A stretch of 64,000 nt of DNA from a virus. Taxonomy: Duplodnaviria > Caudoviricetes. The notes under the pieces are model-generated. The model saw only the letters and a program-made list of their open reading frames with translations, did no database searches and had not been told where the DNA came from. The DNA lies in the IMG/VR virus record IMGVR_UViG_3300025707_000003, positions 96,001 through 160,000 of that record; one strand, written 5' to 3'. The translations under genes were made by a program, and so were the position numbers. Below are positions 55,293-63,992 of the stretch, one piece after another; within the stretch, counting starts at the first letter, position 1; each line of letters opens with the position of its first letter.

Positions 55293-55820
55293 CTACCCCC
55301 CAATCCTCTTTATTGCACCTAAAACCCTATGATGCTCTTCATCACTTAACTTAAATAGATTGTCAAGCACATCACTTGAAAGACCCTCAAGCCCATAAAG
55401 AGCAATGACCTCCTCTCCTGTCATTTGCGGATTAGAAAAGCACTCTTGCTCGACTCTAACCTTAGACCATCCAAACATCTCCATACACACCTCTTTATGT
55501 GGTCTAAACACCTTAACTTTAGGTTCTACTTTAGGTTCACGCTTAAATGCTGAACCCCAACCATTAAGCTCATGTACCAAGTCGGTGTAGTTCACCTTAG
55601 CCCTCTTCAAAACATGATGATAAAAAGAAATGCTCCCCCAATCACTCATTTCAAAGAACTTCCCGTCATAAGCTCCGCTACCTACCCTCTCTTTTAACCA
55701 ACCATGTATGTGGTTAAAGGTAATATCTGGATATAGGTCTATAAAGTTAGGGTGGATCGTATACACCTTTGCATAAGGCATTATCTGATTTGCATCGTGT
55801 GAGTATCTTATCAAACTCAT
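55293..55820 (-). CDS. Hypothetical protein
   Basis: 175-aa ORF between the 31-bp repeats. Confidence 0.7.
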   Translation of the reverse strand: MSLIRYSHDANQIMPYAKVYTIHPNFIDLYPDITFNHIHGWLKERVGSGAYDGKFFEMSDWGSISFYHHVLKRAKVNYTDLVHELNGWGSAFKREPKVEPKVKVFRPHKEVCMEMFGWSKVRVEQECFSNPQMTGEEVIALYGLEGLSSDVLDNLFKLSDEEHHRVLGAIKRIGG

Positions 55821-55853
55821 ATCGGTTCTCCTTTCAAGAGACTTATATTTAAG

Positions 55854-55886
55854 TCTCCTTTCAAGAGATTATAAATAAGGGGTTAC
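55854..55886 (+). repeat. 31-bp direct repeat, copy 2 (class A promoter plus RBS, minus orientation)
   Basis: Also a partial third copy of tctcctttcaagaga at 55827-55841. Confidence 0.9.
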
Positions 55887-55989
55887 AAACTCGAACCCAA
55901 AAATCACAAACCCAAATAATATACAGAATCACTTATCCAACATCGCTTTTTCAAAAACGCTCATATATAAGACCCCCCCCTCTCTGGAC

Positions 55990-56262
55990 TTAACCTTTAT
56001 ACATAATCTTGTAATCATGCTCCCCCATACGCTTGTATGACTCAATCTGCTCCGCATTCGCTTGCTCTATCTCATCCGAATCTCCCCAAAGAGTTAGCTC
56101 TTTGCCCCAATATCGCCCTAGATTCAAGTATTCAGAAGAAGTCATTTTTAATAAGTCTTCCACAGCTTCCTGTTTGGAGACTGGTAGTTCCAAGCCATGT
56201 CTCTTTATGTATTCTTCACAAGTCATTTGTCTTCCCTGTATTGGTAAAGGTGGTTGAAACAT
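55990..56262 (-). CDS. Hypothetical protein
   Basis: 90-aa ORF downstream of the class A motif at 56400-16. Confidence 0.55.
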   Translation of the reverse strand: MFQPPLPIQGRQMTCEEYIKRHGLELPVSKQEAVEDLLKMTSSEYLNLGRYWGKELTLWGDSDEIEQANAEQIESYKRMGEHDYKIMYKG

Positions 56263-56302
56263 GGTTATAGATCAAGGGATGTCAAATTGTATGCGTTTTC
56301 AA

Positions 56303-56335
56303 TATGGGTTTTCGGGACTCCCCCAAAAACCCATA
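56303..56335. other. Intergenic stem-loop
   Basis: tatgggtttt pairs with aaaacccata (10 bp), with an inner ggg/ccc pair. Confidence 0.5.
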
Positions 56336-56415
56336 GAGTCTTTGATGGGGTTCTGAGAGAATGTTGATTAACCCTGTCTTTGAGGGACGAGAAGACCTTT
56401 ATATTCAAGGGGTTA

Positions 56416-57042
56416 CTACTTCGCATCCGTATCTTCCTTCGGCTCGGTTTTCCCTTTTAGCTCGCTTATTTCTTTTAGGAGCTGATCACGCTCTGCTTTC
56501 AAGTGACTATTATTTTGGTAGTATGCGTTGAGGTGGTTGATCATGGTTTCTTTCGGTACGCCCTTCTTCTTGAGATGGAGGTCTTGAAGGGTAACACTCT
56601 GCCATGTTCCGTTTGGGTTCTGACATTCAGCGAAACAAACTACAGAGACTACCTCTCCTTGCACCACTTCGCCAGTATAGGATCTGTAATAGTATATGTC
56701 TCCTGCTCGTGGTAGGTCAGAGCTTGAGAGCTTGGGGTCGGTGTGTACCTCTTTTGGATGAGGGGTCTTAGTAGGAATGTTTGGTTCGGAAATAGGCTCT
56801 TCGACTGGTTCGGAATTATCTGGTTCCGAAGTCTCACTCCAAACGACAACATCCCCAAAAAGATCTAAGGGGTCTGCTTCGGCTGGGTTTCTAATCATGT
56901 CACCGTCAAGAATAAAGTCTCCGTTCTTAATGCATTGGTCGAGGACCATCTTAAAACGAGCATCGCCCATTCTTTTAACGCCCAACTCCTGCTTCGCTAC
57001 CTCTTTAGCCTTCTTGATCGTCAGCCCTATGAGTGCCTTCAT
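56416..57042 (-). CDS. Hypothetical protein
   Basis: 208-aa ORF whose stop abuts a class A motif. Confidence 0.7.
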   Translation of the reverse strand: MKALIGLTIKKAKEVAKQELGVKRMGDARFKMVLDQCIKNGDFILDGDMIRNPAEADPLDLFGDVVVWSETSEPDNSEPVEEPISEPNIPTKTPHPKEVHTDPKLSSSDLPRAGDIYYYRSYTGEVVQGEVVSVVCFAECQNPNGTWQSVTLQDLHLKKKGVPKETMINHLNAYYQNNSHLKAERDQLLKEISELKGKTEPKEDTDAK

Positions 57043-57356
57043 AGCTCGCCCTCCATACCATCGCCATAGTCGTCATCATCTAGGGCATAGTATTCATCCT
57101 CATCATCGGCACTGTCAAAGTCGAGCATCTCCTCGACCATCTTCTTTAAGATCTGTGCTTTGATCGTTTGGTGGTGGGTTACCTCGACTGAGGAGATGCC
57201 ATAGTGGTGTGCCATGTCCTTGACCTCCTCATAGTTCTCAAGTTCCTCTATGAATGACTTAGCCCATATCTTCGCATCGCTCTCACTTAATCTCTCACTG
57301 TGAGCTTCGGAGATAAGGTCTTGTAGGTGTCCACAGTTATTAGCGTATGTCGTCAT
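57039..57356 (-). CDS. Hypothetical acidic protein
   Basis: ATG 4 nt after the previous stop; the start is reassigned from 57476. Confidence 0.6.
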   Translation of the reverse strand: MTTYANNCGHLQDLISEAHSERLSESDAKIWAKSFIEELENYEEVKDMAHHYGISSVEVTHHQTIKAQILKKMVEEMLDFDSADDEDEYYALDDDDYGDGMEGEL

Positions 57357-57360
57357 ATTA

Positions 57361-57735
57361 CTAGTCTCTACTTTCTTGCCATTCATCATAGCTCGCCATC
57401 GTTTGTATATCCTCATTAAACTGCCTTCGCAAGAGGGAGGTCTTAGTTCGGATAGTTTGGTGATCTCCCCATCCATTTATTTGATTTGGGTCATGATCCT
57501 CACCCCAACCTTGAGGGTTCTCTGATCGTAGGTTGATCCAAGCTCCAAGAGCTGACTCATATTGAGCCACCTCAGTGCTGAACTTACTGACCTCTGCCAC
57601 CCACTCGCTAGGGGTAGGAGGAACATCAAGATCAGCAAAGGCTCGCTCGATCTCTCTCCACTCCCCACGAAAAGGTTGGGGTAGGCTGTTTCGGATGGTG
57701 GCGTATTGTGCTCGTTGTTTTTCTATGGTCGTCAT
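57361..57735 (-). CDS. Hypothetical protein
   Basis: AAGGAGG RBS; class A motif at 57759-75. Confidence 0.72.
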   Translation of the reverse strand: MTTIEKQRAQYATIRNSLPQPFRGEWREIERAFADLDVPPTPSEWVAEVSKFSTEVAQYESALGAWINLRSENPQGWGEDHDPNQINGWGDHQTIRTKTSLLRRQFNEDIQTMASYDEWQESRD

Positions 57736-57774
57736 GTTGACCTCCTTCTACACCTTTATATAAATAAGGGGTTA

Positions 57775-58416
57775 CTACTTCGTATTGCCCTTATGGTGAA
57801 CGATGCAGTCATAGTGTACCTCCACCATAGACCCTACACGCTTGATCTTCTTCACCCCTCGCTCTTCTAGCAACTCGACTCTATAGTAGTTGCGACCCCA
57901 TGCTCCCCCTGCCCCGATGACCTTAGCTCGTGTGCGTTGTCCACCACCACCTGGCGTACCACTGAACACGATCTCATCACCGATCTTGATCTCACTCTTG
58001 TTGGGTCGGTTATCAGAGACCCAGTCCAACCGAACCAACTTGAGGAACCAGTTGCCAAGATGAGCATCGTTATGAGACTGGGGCTTATCGTGTCCTCTCC
58101 ATGTCTGATAAGGGTAGGTTATAGAGTTTGTACAGTTGCCATATAGACTCACTGTAGACGCTCCATCCTTAGCCCATGTCAAGGTGAGGAAGAAGTCGCC
58201 AAACCCCTCCTTTCGGAGTACGAGATCCACCTCACCCGACAACTCAATGGCAGGTTTGGGGATCACCTTAAACCCTATCTCCTCTGCTAGATCAGTGAAG
58301 AGCTTGATGTGTCGGTCATACCACGACTGCATAGACCCTTTGGTCTTGTATGCAGTCTTGTGATGAGGTGTCGGGATCATCTTGCGAACCCCATTGATCT
58401 TCTGAGTTAAGGTCAT
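57775..58416 (-). CDS. Hypothetical protein with a C-terminal SH3/KOW-like segment
   Basis: IKIGDEIVF..RAKVIG..YYRVEL. Confidence 0.7.
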   Translation of the reverse strand: MTLTQKINGVRKMIPTPHHKTAYKTKGSMQSWYDRHIKLFTDLAEEIGFKVIPKPAIELSGEVDLVLRKEGFGDFFLTLTWAKDGASTVSLYGNCTNSITYPYQTWRGHDKPQSHNDAHLGNWFLKLVRLDWVSDNRPNKSEIKIGDEIVFSGTPGGGGQRTRAKVIGAGGAWGRNYYRVELLEERGVKKIKRVGSMVEVHYDCIVHHKGNTK

Positions 58417-58438
58417 TAGCAGTCTCCTTTTATTACAG

Positions 58439-58491
58439 TACCCTATAAATAAGGGGTTACCATTAGGCTGTAACCCCTTATTTATAGGGTA
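58439..58491. promoter_or_regulatory. Back-to-back class A motifs forming a perfect 22-bp inverted repeat
   Basis: taccctataaataaggggttac, 9-nt spacer, gtaaccccttatttatagggta. Confidence 0.85.
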
Positions 58492-58528
58492 ACATCAATC
58501 ACTCTCACTCCCCCAAACGGAGAAAAAA

Positions 58529-59122
58529 ATGACTGCGACACAAACCATATTCTTTATATCAGCACTCGTGTTCGTTGGTACCAGCATCAACGCAGGTAAA
58601 AAGGCTTTTGAGGGCAGGGCTGTTTACCACAGCCAATGCTCAATCAACCCTAATCCTGTGCAGTACCAGGGTCACACTGGGACAGTGAGTGTCCGTAGGT
58701 GGTGGTATGTGGATACTGTCACATTTGCTCAGATCAAGGCTAATAAGGCACAGCATAAAATTTGTGAGAGCGTGAAGGTTCTCATGTCGAGTGAGGCTGA
58801 GGTTGCTGAAGCTGAGAGGCTTCAAGATGTCGCCAATAACTGGATCATCTTCTTCTTCGCTTGGCTTGGTCTGGGTGTCTTGATTGAGCTTGTGAGGGTT
58901 CAGATTGGCAACAGGCGGGAGCGTCTTGACCGACTCAACGCTGAAGCAGAGCGAGATCTTGAAGCATCAGCGAGAACTGAGTTCTGGGTCTCTTATGCGA
59001 CAGCTAAGGAAACTGAGCGACAGAGATCTAAGACAGCTAATGAAGAACGAGCCAGACGAAAGGCTGATAGGGGAGCGACCCTTGAAGCTAAAAGGATTGC
59101 AAACCTAGAGCGTAAGGGATAA
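58529..59122 (+). CDS. Hypothetical two-TM protein with a coiled-coil tail
   Basis: Hydrophobic N-terminus and central helix. Confidence 0.7.
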   Translation: MTATQTIFFISALVFVGTSINAGKKAFEGRAVYHSQCSINPNPVQYQGHTGTVSVRRWWYVDTVTFAQIKANKAQHKICESVKVLMSSEAEVAEAERLQDVANNWIIFFFAWLGLGVLIELVRVQIGNRRERLDRLNAEAERDLEASARTEFWVSYATAKETERQRSKTANEERARRKADRGATLEAKRIANLERKG

Positions 59123-59126
59123 CGAA

Positions 59127-59714
59127 ATGACACTAAGAGAACAAATCCAAACACGAGCCGAGATTCTAGGTCAGTTAGGTGGTCGAGGCACCCTTATGAC
59201 CCAAGAAGAGTATGTACTCGATAAGGGTGCTGAGATGGCTTCTAGTGAGACTTTAACAGAGGAGCAGTACTCGTACCTCAAAATGATCACAGGAATGATT
59301 GAGTGCCTCCCTAAGCAGTGTTTCCATAATGCTCAGATGATGACCCTTGCCGACAGCTACCGAGTCCACCAGAGGGTCAAGTATCACGAGGGCTATGTGT
59401 GGACTGGTTTTATGCCTATCCTCCATGCGTGGATCACCCTTGACGATAAGATTGTTGATGTGACTCTTAGCACTGACCCAGAGTCTACTCAACGCTTCCT
59501 TGCAGGAGATTCGCCACAGGGAGACTTGATGGACAGGGTGCTTGGAGTGATCCCAGATGAGTGGGAATATCTAGGTGTGCCTATGGAGAGTGAGTATGTA
59601 GTTTCCACGATGATGAAGAATCAGGAGTCCCGTTCACTCATCGACAATTGGCAGGACGGATGGCCTCTACTTTCTAAAGTGAGTTCCTCTTTAGATACGA
59701 ATACGAGGTCGTAA
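59127..59714 (+). CDS. Hypothetical protein (KQCFHNA..YHEGY..ILHAW family)
   Basis: Transglutaminase-like C..H pattern. Confidence 0.65.
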   Translation: MTLREQIQTRAEILGQLGGRGTLMTQEEYVLDKGAEMASSETLTEEQYSYLKMITGMIECLPKQCFHNAQMMTLADSYRVHQRVKYHEGYVWTGFMPILHAWITLDDKIVDVTLSTDPESTQRFLAGDSPQGDLMDRVLGVIPDEWEYLGVPMESEYVVSTMMKNQESRSLIDNWQDGWPLLSKVSSSLDTNTRS

Positions 59715-59727
59715 CCCCTTATATAAG
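59711..59727 (+). promoter_or_regulatory. Class A motif overlapping the upstream stop codon
   Basis: gtaaccccttatataag. Confidence 0.6.
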
Positions 59728-59764
59728 AGTAAATATCAATCACCCACTTCTCAACGGAGACAAC

Positions 59765-60199
59765 ATGGTAAACCTACTCTCAACAATCATCATCCTCGAA
59801 GCTTGCAAAGGCTTTGAGACTTATGACGAAACCTTTGATCGTATGATCCCGACAGCAGGTGCAGAGATCAAATCTTTGAGCTTCGATATACACCCCTCTT
59901 ACTTTGAAGATGAGGACTATAACGCCATCGCACCACTCGCACTGAAGGTGGCTACATACGATGTCATCTGTGATCCGAAGGATCGAGAGGCAATCGTGGA
60001 AGCAATCGCCAAAGGCTTTGAGGGTGTGTCGGATCATGTGAAGCTTTTCAGCATCAAGATGACCTCAACCACCAAGACTTTTTGGAACGCTCGTAAGGGT
60101 AAAGCCACCACTCATAAGAGCCACCATCAACCTCAGCTTGTAATCACTTATAGCGAGGACATGAGAATCAACCTCAAGGATCGTGAAACGAACTTCTAA
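59765..60199 (+). CDS. Hypothetical protein
   Basis: CGGAG RBS. Confidence 0.7.
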   Translation: MVNLLSTIIILEACKGFETYDETFDRMIPTAGAEIKSLSFDIHPSYFEDEDYNAIAPLALKVATYDVICDPKDREAIVEAIAKGFEGVSDHVKLFSIKMTSTTKTFWNARKGKATTHKSHHQPQLVITYSEDMRINLKDRETNF

Positions 60200-60252
60200 G
60201 ATGTCGTAGCGTTCAGTGAAGGGTCTAGGCTAGGGTTGCTCCTTTAATGCTC

Positions 60253-60534
60253 TTAGAGGGCAATCTGAGCGTCCTCTTTGACCATTACTAAACGATAGGC
60301 GAACTTGAGCCAATCCTCTGCATTGTTCCCCCCTTGCCACATGAGGAGTTGTACCTGCTTTTCATGTTCTCCCCAGTCAACTAAGGTCTTAGCATTAAAG
60401 GTCATCCATCGATTTCTCAAGTCTCGGTAATGACCTCTTGCTAAGTCTTCCCACATTGGAAGCCAGCTTGAGCGTGTCTCCCTTGACTTACGAAGCAACT
60501 GGATAAGGTCGGTGGTAATCATTTCTCTAGTCAT
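60253..60534 (-). CDS. Hypothetical protein
   Basis: 93-aa ORF; class C motif at 60573-81. Confidence 0.65.
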   Translation of the reverse strand: MTREMITTDLIQLLRKSRETRSSWLPMWEDLARGHYRDLRNRWMTFNAKTLVDWGEHEKQVQLLMWQGGNNAEDWLKFAYRLVMVKEDAQIAL

Positions 60535-60599
60535 TTTAGTGTCCTTGAATCATATTTAAGAGTACCTATTTATTATATGATTTGGGCTACTAAGGACTC

Positions 60600-61142
60600 T
60601 CAATAACTGATGTCTTTATGAGCTGGACTACTCTTATTGATCTTCTTACGACAGATGGGGCCGATAGCTTGCTTTAAGCTCGAAGGGTTAGTGAGGGGGA
60701 GAGCACATCTCGCACACTTGGCTTCACACATGATCTGTAGATTATCGGGCATCTCGAAGTCTTGGTCAGTAGATACTCCTAAGAGCCAGACGAGGGTTTC
60801 GTAGCCGATGTCGAGTCGGGGCTGATTGAGGTTCAGTCCGCATTGGATTCGGAGCGTACCTCTCTCATCGACTGTCCCGATGGTCTGATACACAGGGTCA
60901 TACAAGCTGTTAAGTCCATGTAGGTTAAGGCTCACTTCAACAGGTTCATTGACGGTCTGCCCCTTTAGACGAGTCGCCTTGTAGGTGAGGTGATTGTCCT
61001 TACGCTCGTTGCCGAAGGTGAACACCCAGGACTTGGTTCTCTTGGACGGAAGGGCGACACCGTTATGGTCATGTGTCGCCCCGAAGAAAGGGGCTGTAAG
61101 GTGAGCGAGGAACTCACTAGGTTTTATCTCGACTTGCTTCAT
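60600..61142 (-). CDS. DUF6011-like Zn-finger protein, paralog A
   Basis: CARCALPLTNPSS..AIGPIC; the start is reassigned from 61196. Confidence 0.72.
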   Translation of the reverse strand: MKQVEIKPSEFLAHLTAPFFGATHDHNGVALPSKRTKSWVFTFGNERKDNHLTYKATRLKGQTVNEPVEVSLNLHGLNSLYDPVYQTIGTVDERGTLRIQCGLNLNQPRLDIGYETLVWLLGVSTDQDFEMPDNLQIMCEAKCARCALPLTNPSSLKQAIGPICRKKINKSSPAHKDISY

Positions 61143-61714
61143 GGGTTCTCCTTTTCGATTAGTGCTTCGACCTCTATCAGAGCCTTGTCTACCCATGAGG
61201 GGGTCTCAGTCTCGTTGTGGTCTTTCAGAATGGATAGGTTCTGGTGGAGGTTGTAAGGAAGGAAGCTATAGTGATGTAAGGCTTGTTTCCACTCTTTGAC
61301 CTCCAGTGGAGGAGAGAGGTCAAGGTCGTAAGCCTGATCCTCAAGAAGATCTCTTAACTCATCCTCTCGCTCGTCCTCATCCAAGTTTGGATCAAGGGTA
61401 GCCTTAGCCACTTCCTCATCAAACCATGAGCGTTTGACATCCCAAGGGTACACTCCATCCATGAGACAACACTCGCACAGTTCTGGGTCCGCTTCGTAGT
61501 CGTCATATCCGACCTGAAACATACGCCCTATCCGACCTTCTCCGCCACACTCTTGACACTCTACAGCGTCTGCGTAGGATGAGGATTGGAGGCGAGCCTT
61601 AGCTTCTTCGAGTGAAGCCTTAGCTGACTTCAACTTTTTGAGGTCTTGTTGGATCGCCTCAGTGAGTTGCTCGGAGGTGAAGTTTAGGTCTTGAAGTGAG
61701 GGGTAGTAGCTCAT
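61139..61714 (-). CDS. Hypothetical protein with a CxxCxGxG motif
   Basis: CQECGGEGRI..CECC. Confidence 0.68.
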   Translation of the reverse strand: MSYYPSLQDLNFTSEQLTEAIQQDLKKLKSAKASLEEAKARLQSSSYADAVECQECGGEGRIGRMFQVGYDDYEADPELCECCLMDGVYPWDVKRSWFDEEVAKATLDPNLDEDEREDELRDLLEDQAYDLDLSPPLEVKEWKQALHHYSFLPYNLHQNLSILKDHNETETPSWVDKALIEVEALIEKENP

Positions 61715-61777
61715 GTTGGCTTCTCCATTTGGGAGTGATGGGGTGCGTGATTATTCTGCACCCCTCTTACATAGTCT

Positions 61778-61794
61778 TATAGATAAGGGGTTAC
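61778..61794 (-). promoter_or_regulatory. Class A motif
   Basis: Minus strand reads gtaaccccttatctata. Confidence 0.65.
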
Positions 61795-61956
61795 GACTTC
61801 GTACTTAGCTCACTACAATAGCATCACACCACCCTAGATTTCTCGCCCCAGGGTAGTAGGCATCGAAGTCAAAGGCTCTGCCCGAAGATAGACAAAGCCT
61901 CACGATCTCTTAAATGCCCCTCTAAGAGCCTCCCGACCCCCAACCCACCCTAGCCC

Positions 61957-62481
61957 TTAGACCCCTCGACTTACCTTGCTCGATGAAGCCTTCTTGCGAC
62001 ATACTGGCCCCATGCCATCGTCCACACTGTCTGGGTTGGTGAGCTTCTTAGCACACCGACAGCATTTAGAAGCACCCTTGATCTCAAGAGCGTCTGGAAG
62101 CTCCACCCCATTGTTGAGCTTCGTGATAAGCCACACGAGGGTACGATCTGCCACAGTCTTGCGATCAGCATCTACCACGCTCTTAGGGCTTGCCTTGTAG
62201 AACCCTCTTGGGCTGACCGAGCCGATGAAGCCGAAGTCTGAGGAGTTATCCTTGCCGACCATGAGGTCGATGAGGACAGGGCTTTCAACAGTCCACCCAC
62301 GAGGGCGGCGAGCCTTGAAGGTGAGGTGGGTATCACGCTCGTTGTTGTGGAGCGTGAATGTCCACGCCTTGCTTGAGGTTGATGGGAGAGCCTCGCCCGA
62401 CTCGCTGTGGGTGTCCTTGCCACCGAAAGGGGCGAGGAGAGCTGGAAGGAAGTTGTCGGATGTGATGTTTACTGTGTTCAT
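61957..62481 (-). CDS. DUF6011-like Zn-finger protein, paralog B
   Basis: CCRCAKKLTNPDS..GMGPVC; shares WTFT..N.R..HLT.KA with paralog A. Confidence 0.75.
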   Translation of the reverse strand: MNTVNITSDNFLPALLAPFGGKDTHSESGEALPSTSSKAWTFTLHNNERDTHLTFKARRPRGWTVESPVLIDLMVGKDNSSDFGFIGSVSPRGFYKASPKSVVDADRKTVADRTLVWLITKLNNGVELPDALEIKGASKCCRCAKKLTNPDSVDDGMGPVCRKKASSSKVSRGV

Positions 62482-62521
62482 TTTGTTCTCCGTTTGGGAG
62501 TTAGGGTTGGTGAGGATTGCT

Positions 62522-62553
62522 CCCCTTACACTATCCTATATTTAAGGGGTTAC
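62522..62553 (-). promoter_or_regulatory. Class A motif with a CCCCTTA-N14-TAAGGGG dyad
   Basis: Minus strand reads gtaaccccttaaatataggatagtgtaagggg. Confidence 0.7.
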
Positions 62554-62574
62554 AGCATGGACTAATCGTTGCTC

Positions 62575-63390
62575 TTAGATGTAGCTCTTAGCCTCTACTC
62601 CTGTGGATGACTTGACGATCTTCTCAAGATGATCCATCATGCGAGGTGCGATCTCAAGAGCAGACTTACCACTGATACCGTTAGGCAAGTTATCCCCCTG
62701 TACACCTAATCCGATACCGACTAGTTTGATACCTTGGGCTTGGGCTTGGAGTCTCATTGATTCTAAGTAAGCCTTCTCGTAGTCTTCACCATCAGTGAGG
62801 AAAAAGGCGATCTTATGAGTAGCATTAGATTTAGACACCATGTCGATTGCAGTTTCGGCATAGCAGACGATACTTGTCCCACCACTGCAACGCTTATTAC
62901 GAAGCCTATCAGGATTATCTCGTTGCCATTTATCACCAAGACCTTTGATCATGTTAGCTACAGGCTTGTAGCTTGAACTTGCCATAGGGACATCTCTATC
63001 CCCATAGGTGTACATGACTAGGGCAGAGCTTGAGTCAACCCCGATTGATTGACATGAAGTATGGAGTCCATTTATGAGGCTGATACACTCATTCCAATAG
63101 TTTCCACTAGGAGTAGTATTGCTATAGTTCATGCTGTCGCTCCCATCACAGGCGAAACTGAAAGCCGCTCTCACTTGTGGCTTCTGATACATCTTGATGT
63201 GCCGATCTTTATTCACTTGTCCAGTTCTTACGCTTACAAGCGTATTCACTAAAGCTGTGGAGCGAGTGTTGAGTCTCGCACCTATGAAGTTTTGACCAGC
63301 CTTTTGGTTAGCAACCTCTAAGGCTCTGCGAACCTTATTAGTGCCTCGACCAAGAGCCGAGAGGACTTTGGTGTCATATTGGTTTGGCAT
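62575..63390 (-). CDS. VWA-domain protein (CobT-like)
   Basis: MIDAS DGSDS, GGT and FLTDG, LVGIGLG. Confidence 0.8.
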   Translation of the reverse strand: MPNQYDTKVLSALGRGTNKVRRALEVANQKAGQNFIGARLNTRSTALVNTLVSVRTGQVNKDRHIKMYQKPQVRAAFSFACDGSDSMNYSNTTPSGNYWNECISLINGLHTSCQSIGVDSSSALVMYTYGDRDVPMASSSYKPVANMIKGLGDKWQRDNPDRLRNKRCSGGTSIVCYAETAIDMVSKSNATHKIAFFLTDGEDYEKAYLESMRLQAQAQGIKLVGIGLGVQGDNLPNGISGKSALEIAPRMMDHLEKIVKSSTGVEAKSYI

Positions 63391-63417
63391 TGTCTTTCTC
63401 CTTTCGAGAGTTAATAG

Positions 63418-63434
63418 GATAGATAAGGGGTTAC
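63418..63434 (-). promoter_or_regulatory. Class A motif
   Basis: Minus strand reads gtaaccccttatctatc. Confidence 0.62.
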
Positions 63435-63452
63435 TTCGTACCCCCCAAATGA

Positions 63453-63992
63453 TTAAAGGAACTTCCGATAGATCGGTTTAGATCCATTGGGGATATAAAG
63501 CTCATGGTCTAATTGCTTTTTATTCTTATTGACCTCTTGCTTCATTGCACTATTAGGATCAAGTGCTTTACCCTCACCGTCTAAGAGTCGTTTGATGTCG
63601 TTGAGGCTCATGGGAGACTTACCTGCTTCTTGTTGAGGCTTGCTATCATCCCCTTGCTCATTAGGCTTGTTATCATCCCCTTGCTCATTAGGCTTGGTTG
63701 GGTCTTCACCCTTACCCTTACCTTTACACTTACCCTTGCCTTTACCCTTGCCTTTACCTTTACCATCTTCGGGAGGTGGTTCTTTCAGCATCTTATGAAG
63801 AGCGTTGATGACCTCGACAGCGACATAGACAGGAAGGTGAGCCGAAGACTCCCAATCAGTGTTTTTTGGATTAAGCTCAGACCATATAGGTTTGAGGTAG
63901 TCCACCAAGTCTCTAGCCTCTTGCTTGTACTCAGCATAGACAGCTTTTGACTCATCGGAAACCCAACCCTTCCCACTGTCTCTAAGAGCCAT
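63453..63992 (-). CDS. Hypothetical protein with a low-complexity linker, possibly 5'-truncated by the window
   Basis: GK dipeptide run and KPNEQGDD twice. No RBS in the 8 nt available upstream, and the frame is open to the window edge. Confidence 0.65.
   Translation of the reverse strand: MALRDSGKGWVSDESKAVYAEYKQEARDLVDYLKPIWSELNPKNTDWESSAHLPVYVAVEVINALHKMLKEPPPEDGKGKGKGKGKGKCKGKGKGEDPTKPNEQGDDNKPNEQGDDSKPQQEAGKSPMSLNDIKRLLDGEGKALDPNSAMKQEVNKNKKQLDHELYIPNGSKPIYRKFL

Noticed and set aside
12933-58460. TATAAATA as a T4-type late promoter
   Set aside because: In classes A and B it lies on the strand opposite the downstream gene. Only 9073 and 10914 are sense-oriented.
60221-61960. Similar GGGTCTA..GGCTAGGG..GCTCTTAGAGGG sequence at 60221-60262 (+) and about 61916-61964 (-)
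   Set aside because: Only two short, gapped copies overlapping gene ends, which is too weak to call an element.
12918-63434. Class A or B repeats as a CRISPR array or integron attC sites
   Set aside because: The copies are dispersed and separated by whole genes. There are no regular spacers, no cas or integrase gene, and no attC R/L box structure.
63644-63764. GK dipeptide run and 27-bp tandem repeat as a separate element
   Set aside because: Explained as an in-frame low-complexity protein linker.
434-63976. Many 60-160-aa ORFs in the track that are antisense to or nested in longer genes (e.g. 13022, 29714, 56777, 63630)
   Set aside because: They are shadow frames without an RBS or recognisable motifs.
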